Source of the DNA: Candidatus Nanosyncoccus sp.
GTDB lineage: Bacteria; Patescibacteriota; Saccharimonadia; Saccharimonadales; Saccharimonadaceae
Assembly: GCA_045629825.1 (NCBI GenBank)
Contig: JAZQRY010000057.1
Coordinates: 1-49,286 of the forward strand
Direction of reading: 5' to 3'
DNA: 49,286 nt
Position numbers and translations under genes: made by a program. Under the pieces are notes generated by a model that saw nothing but the letters and a program-made list of their open reading frames with translations, ran no database searches and was not told the origin of the DNA. Positions 1 to 9,686 of the stretch are shown one piece after another (position 1 is the first letter of the stretch; each line of letters begins with the position of its first letter).

Positions 1-332
1 ATCTCCACTACATAAAATTTCTGCTTATAATTCTTAAACAGGCTCTTTATTGGCGCTGCAACCAGTAGCCATAGCCACCTTAGCTTTGACCCCCTGATTC
101 CTTTAAGTCCCAATAAATCAAATGAAATACCAAATGCCGAATTCGCATCGTGCGAATAATGCGCCCTGTCGCCCATTTCATGCTCAAGTAAATTCAGCAT
201 CGTAGTCTTACCGGCCGAACCGGTCACGGCAATGATTCGCGGATGCCATCTCTTCAGTACTCTATTTGCAAAATGTCGGAAATATCCAGCCACCTGAAAG
301 TAAAATTTCTTCTTTAAGCTACTCACACTCAT
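1..332 (-). CDS. Mur ligase family protein (MurF-like), 5' part only; runs off window start
   Basis: Manual translation from ATG at 332: MSVSSLKKKFYF...RIIAVTGSAGKTT...ANSAFGI...FYVVE. The frame is open to the window edge and has the Mur-ligase P-loop (TGSxGKTT). Not in the ORF track. Confidence 0.75.
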   Translation of the reverse strand, partial: MSVSSLKKKFYFQVAGYFRHFANRVLKRWHPRIIAVTGSAGKTTMLNLLEHEMGDRAHYSHDANSAFGISFDLLGLKGIRGSKLRWLWLLVAAPIKSLFKNYKQKFYVVE

Positions 333-382
333 ACTAAACCATTATACTCTTCATTGACCGTCCAGTCAAAAAATGTTATACG

Positions 383-419
383 AAAAAAAGTAAGCCAGGT
401 CTGCCCCAGGCTTACTTTT
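383..419 (-). terminator. Intrinsic terminator after rpsJ (bidirectional-type)
   Basis: AAAAGTAAGCC/GGCTTACTTTT inverted repeat with A/T tracts on both sides. Confidence 0.75.
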
Positions 420-426
420 ATAAAAA

Positions 427-759
427 CTAATTCTGCATCTTAATTTCAGCATCTACCCCAGCTGGCAAAGAGAGATTTTGCAAGTTCTCAATTGTCTTAG
501 GAGTGGCATCCAAGATGTCGATTAGACGCTTGTGTACTTTCATTTCGAAAGATTCACCACCGGTCTTATATACGTGTGGCGACTTCACTACGGTGAAAGT
601 AGAGCGCTTGGTCGGCAAAGGAATTGGCCCACTAATGCTCGCTCCGGTGCGTAGCGCTGTATCTACGATTTGGCGGGCACTTTGGTCGATCAAACGGTGA
701 TCGTAGGCCTTTAGCCTGATGCGGATTTTTAATCCTTCTTCTTTTTTGGTTCCTGTCAT
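427..759 (-). CDS. rpsJ: 30S ribosomal protein S10
   Basis: [34 protein letters not shown] motifs. Confidence 0.98.
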   Translation of the reverse strand: MTGTKKEEGLKIRIRLKAYDHRLIDQSARQIVDTALRTGASISGPIPLPTKRSTFTVVKSPHVYKTGGESFEMKVHKRLIDILDATPKTIENLQNLSLPAGVDAEIKMQN

Positions 760-842
760 TTTATCCTTTTCTGTCCGATAACCTCGAAAGAATGGAGTTG
801 TTCGGACTTGATATTAATTTATATATACATTCATTCTAACAC

Positions 843-872
843 AAAAATCCCCTTTTGTAAAGAAGGGGATTT
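843..872 (-). terminator. Intrinsic terminator after tuf
   Basis: AAATCCCCTT/AAGGGGATTT stem followed by a T tract on the minus strand. Confidence 0.75.
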
Positions 873-888
873 CGTGAAATCAAATAGA

Positions 889-2070
889 TTATTTGATAAC
901 CTTGGTAATAACGCCAGAACCAACGGTCTTACCGCCTTCACGGATAGCGAAACGATCTTGTTCGTTCATAGCTACCGGAGCGAGCAACTTCACCTTAAAG
1001 GTGACCTGGTCGCCAGGCATTACGATTTCTTTATCAGCTGGAAGCTCTACTTCGCCCGTCACATCAGTGGTACGGAAGTAGAACTGAGGCTTGTAGCCCT
1101 TGGAGAATGGAGTGTGGCGTCCGCCTTCTTCCTTCTTCAAGATATAAACCTCTGCTTCAAATTCAGTGTGTGGAGTAATTGAGCCAGGAGCAGCAATTAC
1201 CTGACCACGCTCAATCTGATCGCGCTCAATACCACGAAGCAACAAACCTGCATTATCGCCAGCTTGACCCTGATCTAGAGTCTTGTGGAAGGCTTCGATA
1301 CCAGTCACGACTGACTTCTGAGTGTCTTTCAAACCTACGATTTCAACTTCGTCGTTTAGCTTAACCACGCCCTGCTCGATACGACCAGTAGCTACGGTAC
1401 CACGACCCTTGATTGAGAATACGTCCTCGATTGGCATCAGGAACGGCTTATCTAGATCGTGCTGTGGAATCTCGAAGTATTCATCCATCGCTTCGATTAG
1501 ATCCATGACAGCCTTTTCGTTGTCAGCGTCACCTTCGAGAGCCTTGGTTGCAGAACCCTTGATGATTGGGCAATCGCGGTCAAAGCCATTCTTCTCGAGA
1601 ATGTCGCGGATTTCGTCTTCAACCAATTCAACCATTTCAGGATCAGCAAGATCCATTTTGTTAAGGAAGACGATAATCTTCGGTACGTTTACCTGGCGAG
1701 CCAAAAGGATGTGCTCCTTGGTCTGTGGCAAAGCACCATCGTTAGCGGCGACTACTAGAATCGCGCCATCTACCTGTGCAGCACCGGTAATCATGTTCTT
1801 AATATAGTCAGCGTGCCCAGGCATATCTACGTGAGCATAGTGACGATTCTTCGATTCGTATTCCTGGTGAGAAGTAGCGATAGTAATACCGCGGGCCTTT
1901 TCCTCAGGCGCGTTATCGATTTGATCATAAGCGACTGGCTTGTTCACGTCCGATGGAAGGTTCTTCGCGAGGACGCTAGTAATAGCAGCCGTCAAAGTTG
2001 TATTACCATGGTCAACGTGACCCATGGTGCCTACATTAATATGTGGCTTGGAACGGTCAAAATCTGCCAT
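889..2070 (-). CDS. tuf: Elongation factor Tu
   Basis: GHVDHG(N)[38 protein letters not shown]; the P-loop Lys is read as Asn. Confidence 0.98.
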   Translation of the reverse strand: MADFDRSKPHINVGTMGHVDHGNTTLTAAITSVLAKNLPSDVNKPVAYDQIDNAPEEKARGITIATSHQEYESKNRHYAHVDMPGHADYIKNMITGAAQVDGAILVVAANDGALPQTKEHILLARQVNVPKIIVFLNKMDLADPEMVELVEDEIRDILEKNGFDRDCPIIKGSATKALEGDADNEKAVMDLIEAMDEYFEIPQHDLDKPFLMPIEDVFSIKGRGTVATGRIEQGVVKLNDEVEIVGLKDTQKSVVTGIEAFHKTLDQGQAGDNAGLLLRGIERDQIERGQVIAAPGSITPHTEFEAEVYILKKEEGGRHTPFSKGYKPQFYFRTTDVTGEVELPADKEIVMPGDQVTFKVKLLAPVAMNEQDRFAIREGGKTVGSGVITKVIK

Positions 2071-2138
2071 TCATTCTCCTTTTTTATTAATTACGTTTGG
2101 AGCGCTAATAAAAACCAGCTCCAAAACTCTACCATCTT

Positions 2139-2167
2139 ATTTTAAACCATTTTCGGCAACTTGTAAA
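2139..2167 (-). promoter_or_regulatory. Sigma70-type promoter for tuf
   Basis: TTTACA-17 nt-TAAAAT on the minus strand, AGGAG SD upstream of the ATG; coordinates approximate. Confidence 0.55.
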
Positions 2168-2234
2168 GGGGTATTTTTATACTTTTTCTAACTTTTAATC
2201 AAAAAATAAACACTCTCGGCTTTCCCCCCATTCA

Positions 2235-2264
2235 ACAAAAAGACCCCAGCCGGGGTCTTTTTGT
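2235..2264. terminator. Bidirectional intrinsic terminator
   Basis: Perfect 13-bp stem ACAAAAAGACCCC/GGGGTCTTTTTGT with a 4-nt loop. Confidence 0.8.
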
Positions 2265-2277
2265 GATCCGCATCAAT

Positions 2278-2931
2278 CTAGTAGGTTGAAGATTGATAAA
2301 CCTTGATCGTAGCATTCTCTAGCTGATCGTCATCCAATGTAGTTAGGGTAAAAGTATTGAAAGTCTGCGATTGGCCAGGAGCCAAATTTTCGGCATAGAA
2401 CGAAGAAGTATCAAGCCTATCGCCATCTGCGCCGATCGCTTCTAGGCTGATCGAGAATGAACGGGTTTCATCTGAAATATTCTTGACACGTACCACGATC
2501 GCATGGTCATCCCATACGTCGTCAACTTCTTGGTAACCCAAGACTTCTACCTCGGCATACTTCCCTACAATATCGCTTTCATAATCAGACAAGACATCGT
2601 CGAATGCTTGATTGACTTCATTAGTCCATGAATCCAGCGTGCCAACCACAGTATTAACTGCCTGAATCGCAATCACATGCATAACGATACCAACGATAAT
2701 TGTCGCTGCGCCAAGAATTGTCGCGGTCAAAGATTTATATTCGCCTTCTTTCTTTACTAGGCCAATAATACCAAAAATCAACGCTAACCCACCTAGTATA
2801 TAAGCAATATAATAACAAAATGGAATAAACGCAAATACTATGCCGACGATACCCAGCACGAAGCCGGCAGTATATAACCCATTTAATTCACTCTTTTTGC
2901 TCTTTTTACTTTTTTTGCTTTTTGTTGCCAT
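2278..2931 (-). CDS. Membrane protein: DUF4190-like TM region plus C-terminal FxLYD-like Ig domain
   Basis: Lys-rich N-terminus, three hydrophobic segments, and C-terminal VKNISDETR...G.RLDT...NLAPGQSQTF pattern; AAGGAG SD. Confidence 0.65.
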   Translation of the reverse strand: MATKSKKSKKSKKSELNGLYTAGFVLGIVGIVFAFIPFCYYIAYILGGLALIFGIIGLVKKEGEYKSLTATILGAATIIVGIVMHVIAIQAVNTVVGTLDSWTNEVNQAFDDVLSDYESDIVGKYAEVEVLGYQEVDDVWDDHAIVVRVKNISDETRSFSISLEAIGADGDRLDTSSFYAENLAPGQSQTFNTFTLTTLDDDQLENATIKVYQSSTY

Positions 2932-3041
2932 AAATAGCTCCTTGTATTAATTTTAGAATCATTATAGCATAGACTTTTTCAAAAACTTAAAAAAACCTAA
3001 AAAACATTACGATTTTACAAAAAGATTTTTACAAAAATCTA

Positions 3042-3070
3042 TTGACAAATATTAAACATAAGCTTATAAT
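3042..3070 (+). promoter_or_regulatory. Consensus sigma70 promoter for the adhesin gene
   Basis: TTGACA-17 nt-TATAAT, preceded by AT-rich direct repeats (GATTTT(T)ACAAAAA x2); AAGGAG SD before ATG 3113. Confidence 0.8.
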
Positions 3071-3112
3071 CAGAGACACAAAAGGTCTACAAAATAAAAA
3101 AGGAGCATAAAA

Positions 3113-6100
3113 ATGTTTAATAATATGATCCGTAAGAAGGCTCTGCTGAGATGTTTGATTTTTGGCATCATTAGCGCAATCCTTCTTACGACAGTATGTG
3201 TCGCAATAGGTCGAAATAGCGAGAGTGACACCTCAGCAGCGAGTGGAACGACAAATATTTACTGGGATGATGAAGGCTGGGCTTATTATCCGTCGCAGCT
3301 TTCAGAAGATGATTACACTCACCTATTTTACGTAGAAATTGGAGGCAACTGGGAATATGCCTATTGTGTGCAGCCGACCAATTTGGACATGCCTAGCGTA
3401 GGCCCTCGCTCCTACAGTGATGTTAGTATGGACTCTACCGTAATGCAAAAAATGAAGCTCCTTTTGTTTATTACAAAATATTCCAATAGTATTTCAGTGG
3501 CTAGACAGGCCAGAAACGCAGTCTTCGAAGTCGGCAACGACTTTAACGATCAAAGTGCCCTTTATGGTTGGACCCACATACTCGCTGGTTACTTAAATGG
3601 CGATGTTGAAGCTGGCAATGTAGGCTGGGGATGGTTTGACCGAGCATCAAGCAAGCTCGGCGAATATATTAACGGTAGCGATGTCTGGACACTGGCTCAA
3701 AAGACGACGCTCTATCGAACCACCGATCATGGTGGCAGTCAAGAGCTAATGTGGCTAGGAGCATATGACTTCCCATTAGGTGCAATCAATGTCCAGAAAT
3801 GTGACGAGGCGACCCAAAGCTGTACTACAACCACCGGTGGCGCTAGCCTTCAAGGTATTCATTTCAAAGTATATAACAATTCCGGTAGCAGAATCTACAG
3901 ATCCAGCAATGATACGTTCTATGATAATGGCGCCATGATCGCCGAAGGCGATACAGATGCAAATGGTCGAATTAATTTCGCCAGCCTTCCCGCGGATGGT
4001 GTTAACTATAGAGTCGTCGAGACTGCGACCAACTCGAGCTATGAACTAACTGCCGCTGAACAAACTGTAACACTGAGCTCAAATGGGCAGACTGAGAATC
4101 TTTCCTTTTACAACGTCCCTTATATGTATGGCGAAATCAACGTTCAGAAATGCGATCAGGTGTCTCATAGCTGCACCAACACTACCGGTGGCGCTAGCCT
4201 TCAGGGTATTAAATTTGAAGTCCGCAACGATTCGGGTCGCACAATTATTAATAGAAAAACCAATACATCCTATGCAAACGGAGCGGTTGTCGCCTCCGGC
4301 ACTACGGATGCTAATGGGCACGTTGGATTCTCGGATCTTCCTGCCGACAATGTCAAATACAAAATTGTCGAGACGGAAACCAACAATAGCTACATGCTAA
4401 CCGCTGGTGAACAGACTGTAACACTAAGCTCAAATGGGCAGACTGAGAATCTTTCCTTCTACAATATTCCTTACATGTATGGCGAAATCAACGTCCAGAA
4501 GTGTGATCAGGTAGCCCAAAGCTGTACTACCACTATTGGCGATGCTAGCCTCCAGGGTATCAAATTTGAATTACGCAATGACTCCGGCCACAGAATCTAT
4601 AATGCTAAAACCAACACCTACTACGACAACGGAGCTATTATTGCTACTGGTACCACGGACGCAAATGGACACATCAAGTTCTCCAATCTTCCAGCTAACG
4701 ATGCTAAGTATAAAATTACCGAAACAGAGACCAATAACAGCTACATGTTAACTGCCGGCCCTCAGACCGTCACTCTAAGTACGCACGGCCAATCTGAGAC
4801 TCTATCCTTCTATGATATCCCCTACATGTACGGCGAGATTAATGTTCAAAAATGCGACATTGAGACTAATAGCTGTTCTGTACCTCAGGGTAATGCCAGC
4901 TTCCAGGGAATTGAATTTAAAGTATACAACAATTCAGGCCGCAGGATTTATAATGCGAAAGCCAACGTATACTATGACAACGGAGCTGTCGTTGCTACTG
5001 GTACTACAGATGCCAATGGACACATTAAGTTCGAGAACCTCCCCGCCAACGAAGCTAATTATAGAGTTGTCGAAACGGCCACCAACGCTAGCTACGAACT
5101 AACTGCTGGCGAGCAGACTGTGTCGCTAACTATGCATGGCCAATCAGAAACTCGTTCATTCAAAGATCGCGTCAGAAAAGGTAAAGTCACAGTTAACAAA
5201 ATCGACGCCGAGACCAGGCAGTGCAATGTCCGTGCTAGAGCTCACTCATTCGCTGGTACCACCTTCCAAATCATCAATAAATCCAATAATCCAGTTTACT
5301 ACAATGGTGGCACTGTTCTTAAAGATGGCGTAGTCGATACGAAAGTATTTGGCGAAAACCAATGTAGCTTTACAGTAGAAAATCTTCCATACGGCAAGTA
5401 TTGGATCAAAGAAACCGTCGCAGCGCCCGGCTACGTCAAAAACAATGACCCCATCGAGATAGTTATTCCGACTAACAATTCGTACAATCTATCAACTACC
5501 GTCGAGAACCAACAAATCCGCGGCGATCTAAGATTCATCAAGATGGACACCAATAACAATAGACCGATGTCGAATACACTATTTAGCATCTCTGCGGTAG
5601 ACGAAGACTTCAATATACTCGAAACCCACTTCGTAGTAAGTAACAGCGAAGGTGTAGTAGACACCAGCTCAGCCTTTGCGCTCCATAGCTTCCACACTAA
5701 TGGCTACGATGCGATGGTTGACGACATTGATACGGCCTACACTACGGTTCCCTTCCTTGGCTACGGTAGCTGGTTCGGATTCGATACTCAAGGCCATAGC
5801 CTACCAGTCAACGATAGCTTGGGCGCCCTTCCTCAAGGTAAATATCTAATCCAAGAAATGCGCTGCGATGCTAACATCTTCTGTTACAACCTAAAAGATG
5901 AAAAGATTGTCATCACGATTAGTCAAGCTGGCAAAACCGTAAATCTCGGGACATGGGATAACGATTGTGCGATATTTGAGCTAGAGACCGAAGCGGTGGA
6001 TGGTGACGATGGAGACCACTACGTCGAGGCAGACAAAGATGTCAAGATTGTCGACCACGTACATTACTGCGCACGCACCAATAAGGAATTCACTATTAAG

Positions 6101-6853
6101 GGTGTCCTCATGAATAGAGAAACCGGCGAACCATTGCTCATTAATGGCGAAAAAGTCGAAAGCTCCGTCAAGGTTACACCTAAGGAAGAATGTGAAGACG
6201 TAGATATGGAATTCGTCTTTGACGGATCCGGCTATGGTGGCGAGCAGATCGTGGTCTTTGAGAGTCTATACTATGGGGAAACCGAGCTGACCAGCCACGA
6301 AGACCTAGATGATGACTATCAGACGGTAGAAATGGTGCACATCCAGACCTTCGCAGCTAATAACGAAACAATGGATAAGACGCTTCCTCTCGACCAAGAT
6401 GTCACAATTAGGGACATAGTAGATTATTGCCTGAAGCCTGGAGTAGAATATAGAATAACTGGCGTGTTGATGGACAAAGAAACCGCTGCACCATATCTTG
6501 TGGATGGCAAGCCGGTTGAGGGTGAAGTTATCATTACCCCAGAAGAAAGATGTGGTCAAGTAGATATGTTCTTCCAGATTAATACAACCGATCTCGGTGG
6601 CAAGGAGTTCGTAGTCTTCGAGAGTCTATATATCGAGGATGAATTGATAGTTGAACACAAAGACTTTAACAACGAAGACGAGACCGTGAGAGTAGAAGTT
6701 CCCGCTCCAAACACTGGTGCACTTACCAACTCAAAAGAGTCTGGTAGCTCGGCAAGCGGTATCTTCGTGGCGGTATTCGGAGTAGTTGCAGTGAGCTTCG
6801 GCGGATACATGGGCGCACGCTACTTTGCCCGAAGAAAAGTCATGAAGTTCTAA
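3113..6853 (+). CDS. Large surface-anchored adhesin: thioester-like domain, SpaA/CnaB-like repeats, VaFE/ester repeats, APNTG sorting signal
   Basis: Signal peptide; YAYCVQP and SQELM; repeats with GEINVQK...VET...FY(N/D); VVFESLY twice; HEDLDDDYQ; APNTG plus TM plus RRK tail. Confidence 0.85.
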   Translation: MFNNMIRKKALLRCLIFGIISAILLTTVCVAIGRNSESDTSAASGTTNIYWDDEGWAYYPSQLSEDDYTHLFYVEIGGNWEYAYCVQPTNLDMPSVGPRSYSDVSMDSTVMQKMKLLLFITKYSNSISVARQARNAVFEVGNDFNDQSALYGWTHILAGYLNGDVEAGNVGWGWFDRASSKLGEYINGSDVWTLAQKTTLYRTTDHGGSQELMWLGAYDFPLGAINVQKCDEATQSCTTTTGGASLQGIHFKVYNNSGSRIYRSSNDTFYDNGAMIAEGDTDANGRINFASLPADGVNYRVVETATNSSYELTAAEQTVTLSSNGQTENLSFYNVPYMYGEINVQKCDQVSHSCTNTTGGASLQGIKFEVRNDSGRTIINRKTNTSYANGAVVASGTTDANGHVGFSDLPADNVKYKIVETETNNSYMLTAGEQTVTLSSNGQTENLSFYNIPYMYGEINVQKCDQVAQSCTTTIGDASLQGIKFELRNDSGHRIYNAKTNTYYDNGAIIATGTTDANGHIKFSNLPANDAKYKITETETNNSYMLTAGPQTVTLSTHGQSETLSFYDIPYMYGEINVQKCDIETNSCSVPQGNASFQGIEFKVYNNSGRRIYNAKANVYYDNGAVVATGTTDANGHIKFENLPANEANYRVVETATNASYELTAGEQTVSLTMHGQSETRSFKDRVRKGKVTVNKIDAETRQCNVRARAHSFAGTTFQIINKSNNPVYYNGGTVLKDGVVDTKVFGENQCSFTVENLPYGKYWIKETVAAPGYVKNNDPIEIVIPTNNSYNLSTTVENQQIRGDLRFIKMDTNNNRPMSNTLFSISAVDEDFNILETHFVVSNSEGVVDTSSAFALHSFHTNGYDAMVDDIDTAYTTVPFLGYGSWFGFDTQGHSLPVNDSLGALPQGKYLIQEMRCDANIFCYNLKDEKIVITISQAGKTVNLGTWDNDCAIFELETEAVDGDDGDHYVEADKDVKIVDHVHYCARTNKEFTIKGVLMNRETGEPLLINGEKVESSVKVTPKEECEDVDMEFVFDGSGYGGEQIVVFESLYYGETELTSHEDLDDDYQTVEMVHIQTFAANNETMDKTLPLDQDVTIRDIVDYCLKPGVEYRITGVLMDKETAAPYLVDGKPVEGEVIITPEERCGQVDMFFQINTTDLGGKEFVVFESLYIEDELIVEHKDFNNEDETVRVEVPAPNTGALTNSKESGSSASGIFVAVFGVVAVSFGGYMGARYFARRKVMKF
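3776..5176 (+). repeat. Four tandem ~351-bp (117-aa) intragenic repeats
   Basis: Unit starts at 3776, 4127, 4478 and 4829 (spacing 351 bp), with clear DNA and protein similarity. Confidence 0.95.
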
Positions 6854-6884
6854 AAAATAGCCCCCTTGAAGGGGCTATTTTTTT
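6852..6884. terminator. Bidirectional terminator between convergent adhesin and fusA
   Basis: AAAAAATAGCCCC/GGGGCTATTTTTT. Confidence 0.85.
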
Positions 6885-6891
6885 GTATATA

Positions 6892-8991
6892 TTATTTCGA
6901 GTTTCGCTTCTCGATTATTTCCTGTGCCACATTCGGTGGTACTTCCTCGTAGGCAAAGAGCTCCATTGACGAAGCTGCTCGACCCTGAGTCATGCCGCGG
7001 AGATCTGACGTATAGCCAAACAAGTTAGCCAAAGGGCAGAAAGCCTTAATCAGCTTAGCGCCGCCATTCAAATCTTCCATCTCGTCAATCCGACCACGAC
7101 GGGCATTAATGTCGCCGATTACATCTCCCATAAATTCTTCCGGAGTCGTAATCTCAAGCTTCATCACAGGCTCTAGCAGTACTGGATTGGCTTTTGCGAT
7201 ACCTTCGCGTGTAGCTAGTGAGCCAGCCAAGGTAAAGGCGAGCTCGCTCGAGTCTACATCGTGATACGAACCATCGTACAATGTGGCCTTAACATCCACT
7301 ACTGGATAACCCGCAATCACACCGCCTGCCAAAGTATCTTCGACACCTTTCTGAACTGGCTTACGATACTCTTGCGGAACTACGCCACCCTTAATCTGGT
7401 CGATAAATTCAAAACCTTTCCCTGCTTCGTTTGGCTCAAACTTAATCCATACGTCGCCATACTGACCACGACCACCAGATTGCTTAATGTGTTTACCTTG
7501 TGCTTCAGCTGTACCACGAATCGTCTCGCGGTAAGCTACCTGCGGTGCACCAGTATTAGCTTCTACATTATGCTCCCGCTTCAAACGGTCGATAATAATT
7601 TCTAGGTGCAACTCGCCCATACCGGAAATAATAGTCTGACCAGTCTCTTCGTCGGTATGTACGCGGAAAGTTGGATCTTCTTCTGCCATCTTAGCTAACC
7701 CGATGCCCATCTTCTCCTGATCGGCCTTAGTCTTTGGCTCTACCGCAATCGATACCGGAGGATCTGGGAATTCAATCGACTCTAGTAGTATTGGATGCGC
7801 CGGCGCACAAAGCGTAGTACCAGTGGTGCAATTCTTAAGTCCCACTACTGCGGCGATATCGCCAGCTGTAATCTCAGTAATATCTTTACGGTCGTTGGCG
7901 TGCATTCTCACTAGGCGCCCGATGCGCTCTTTGTCGCCAGTCGAAGCATTAAGTACTGTATCGCCAGATTTTAAAGTACCAGCATATACGCGGATAAAGA
8001 TTAATTTACCTACAAACGGATCAGTCGCAATCTTGAAAGCTAGTGCCGTCAAAGGCTCACTGTTCTCGGCCTTGCGTACGATTTGGTCGCCAGTCTTAGG
8101 ATCGATACCTACGGTCTGACCTTGATCGCGATCAAGAGGTGATGGTAGGTAGTCGGTCATTAGATCGAGCACTTTCTCCACGATTACGCCACGACCATCG
8201 CCACCAGTCACTAGGAAGAAATCTCCATCTAGTACGCGCTTACGAAGAGCTGCTTTTAGCTCGTCTACTGTAATCGCATCTTCTCCTTCTTCGAAGAATT
8301 TGTTCATCAGATCTTCGTCGGCTTGTACAGCTTCTTCGATTAGCATCGAACGTGCATTCTTGGCCTTCTCTACCATATCTTCTGGGATTTCACTTACAGT
8401 TAACTCATGGTCGGCATAATCTTTGTAGGTGTAAGCCTTCATGTCAATCAAATCTACTACACCGCAGATATCCTTTTCGAAGCCAATTGGCAAATGAATC
8501 GCTACGGCATTCTTAGACAATCTTTTATGGATACTGTCAAGCGACTTGTAGAAATCACCACCAATCTGGTTAATCTTGTTTACAAAACAAATTCGCGGAA
8601 TACCATACTTAGTAGCCTGGCGCCACACAGTCTCAGACTGAGCTTCTACACCCATCTTACCGTCAAATACTACCACTGCGCCGTCGAGCACGCGAAGCGA
8701 ACGCTCCACCTCGGCAGTAAAGTCGATATGCCCTGGGGTATCGATAATGTTAATTTGATGATCCTTCCAATAAACTGTCACCGCAGCTGAAGTAATCGTA
8801 ATACCACGTTCCTTCTCCTGCTCCATCCAGTCGGTATCAGCACCACCGGTGCCACCTTTTACAAGGTCAATTTTGTGTTTCAACCCGGTACGATACAGAA
8901 TCGCCTCCGAAGTCGTAGTCTTGCCGGCGTGAATGTGCGCAATGATACCAATGTTGCGCATATCAGCCAAACTCTTAATTTCAGTAGCCAT
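6892..8991 (-). CDS. fusA: Elongation factor G
   Basis: RNIGIIAHI(H)AGKTT, ERGITI, DTPGH, NKIN, GMGELHLEI, KQSGGRGQYG, YHDVDSS. Confidence 0.97.
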   Translation of the reverse strand: MATEIKSLADMRNIGIIAHIHAGKTTTSEAILYRTGLKHKIDLVKGGTGGADTDWMEQEKERGITITSAAVTVYWKDHQINIIDTPGHIDFTAEVERSLRVLDGAVVVFDGKMGVEAQSETVWRQATKYGIPRICFVNKINQIGGDFYKSLDSIHKRLSKNAVAIHLPIGFEKDICGVVDLIDMKAYTYKDYADHELTVSEIPEDMVEKAKNARSMLIEEAVQADEDLMNKFFEEGEDAITVDELKAALRKRVLDGDFFLVTGGDGRGVIVEKVLDLMTDYLPSPLDRDQGQTVGIDPKTGDQIVRKAENSEPLTALAFKIATDPFVGKLIFIRVYAGTLKSGDTVLNASTGDKERIGRLVRMHANDRKDITEITAGDIAAVVGLKNCTTGTTLCAPAHPILLESIEFPDPPVSIAVEPKTKADQEKMGIGLAKMAEEDPTFRVHTDEETGQTIISGMGELHLEIIIDRLKREHNVEANTGAPQVAYRETIRGTAEAQGKHIKQSGGRGQYGDVWIKFEPNEAGKGFEFIDQIKGGVVPQEYRKPVQKGVEDTLAGGVIAGYPVVDVKATLYDGSYHDVDSSELAFTLAGSLATREGIAKANPVLLEPVMKLEITTPEEFMGDVIGDINARRGRIDEMEDLNGGAKLIKAFCPLANLFGYTSDLRGMTQGRAASSMELFAYEEVPPNVAQEIIEKRNSK

Positions 8992-9092
8992 ACGCTCCTT
9001 TTATAATTTATTATTTTTACCTAATTCAAGCTCCACGCTCAAAAAAGACACATTTCTATCAACAATTATAACACATTTTATTAACAAAGCAC

Positions 9093-9127
9093 AAAAATTG
9101 TCGGGAGACATACTGTCCCGACAATTT
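9093..9127 (-). terminator. Intrinsic terminator between the 155-aa gene and fusA
   Basis: AAATTGTCGGGA/TCCCGACAATTT stem. Confidence 0.7.
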
Positions 9128-9148
9128 ATGTCCGAAGTTGGCAAATGA

Positions 9149-9616
9149 CTATTTCCGCTCGACGTGTTGCAAATCAGTCTTGATTACAAAATACATAGGA
9201 CTTTGTTCTACGACCTTACCAGTAATAACGACATGGTCGCCATCACTCGGATAATCAGAATCGCTAGCGCCATCAATCACAAACTGTGTCCCGATTTTTT
9301 TACTCCCACTTTCATTTTCCTGCACAATTGAATAAGAAGAAATTGAGCGTGAGACTAGCCCATCAACCTTTACGACTTTTCCTGTGGCTTCACCATTTTG
9401 AATATCTTTTGAAAGTTTTTCCATCGATTCATAATCGCCGTATTGTATAGAAACGTCGACGGAGCTGTAATCTCCAGACGTAGTCGTCCCCTGACCACCA
9501 TCTCCACCATTTTTATTATTATTTATGACGACAACAGCGACTATTATACCGACCACCACTACGACCGCTGCCACGATCCCGATGATTAGATTTTTGTTAT
9601 TTTTTGATTTAGCCAT
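9149..9616 (-). CDS. Hypothetical membrane-anchored protein (possible OB fold)
   Basis: N-terminal TM; GKVVKVDG...GDHVVITGKV pattern; AGGAG SD and TGCTATAAT upstream. Confidence 0.65.
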   Translation of the reverse strand: MAKSKNNKNLIIGIVAAVVVVVGIIVAVVVINNNKNGGDGGQGTTTSGDYSSVDVSIQYGDYESMEKLSKDIQNGEATGKVVKVDGLVSRSISSYSIVQENESGSKKIGTQFVIDGASDSDYPSDGDHVVITGKVVEQSPMYFVIKTDLQHVERK

Positions 9617-9686
9617 AAGACTCCTTTGTTAATGTTACTATGATTATAGCACATAGAAAATGTGATAGTATGCGATGTTCAATAGT

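Noticed and set aside
2890-2925. KSKKSKKSK 9-bp repeats as a phase-variation tract
   Set aside because: Imperfect, in-frame, low-complexity basic N-terminus
3776-5176. Possible CRISPR array or DGR template/variable repeat
   Set aside because: The repeats are 351-bp in-frame protein domains with no spacers, no obvious adenine-specific variation and no RT or cas genes in the window
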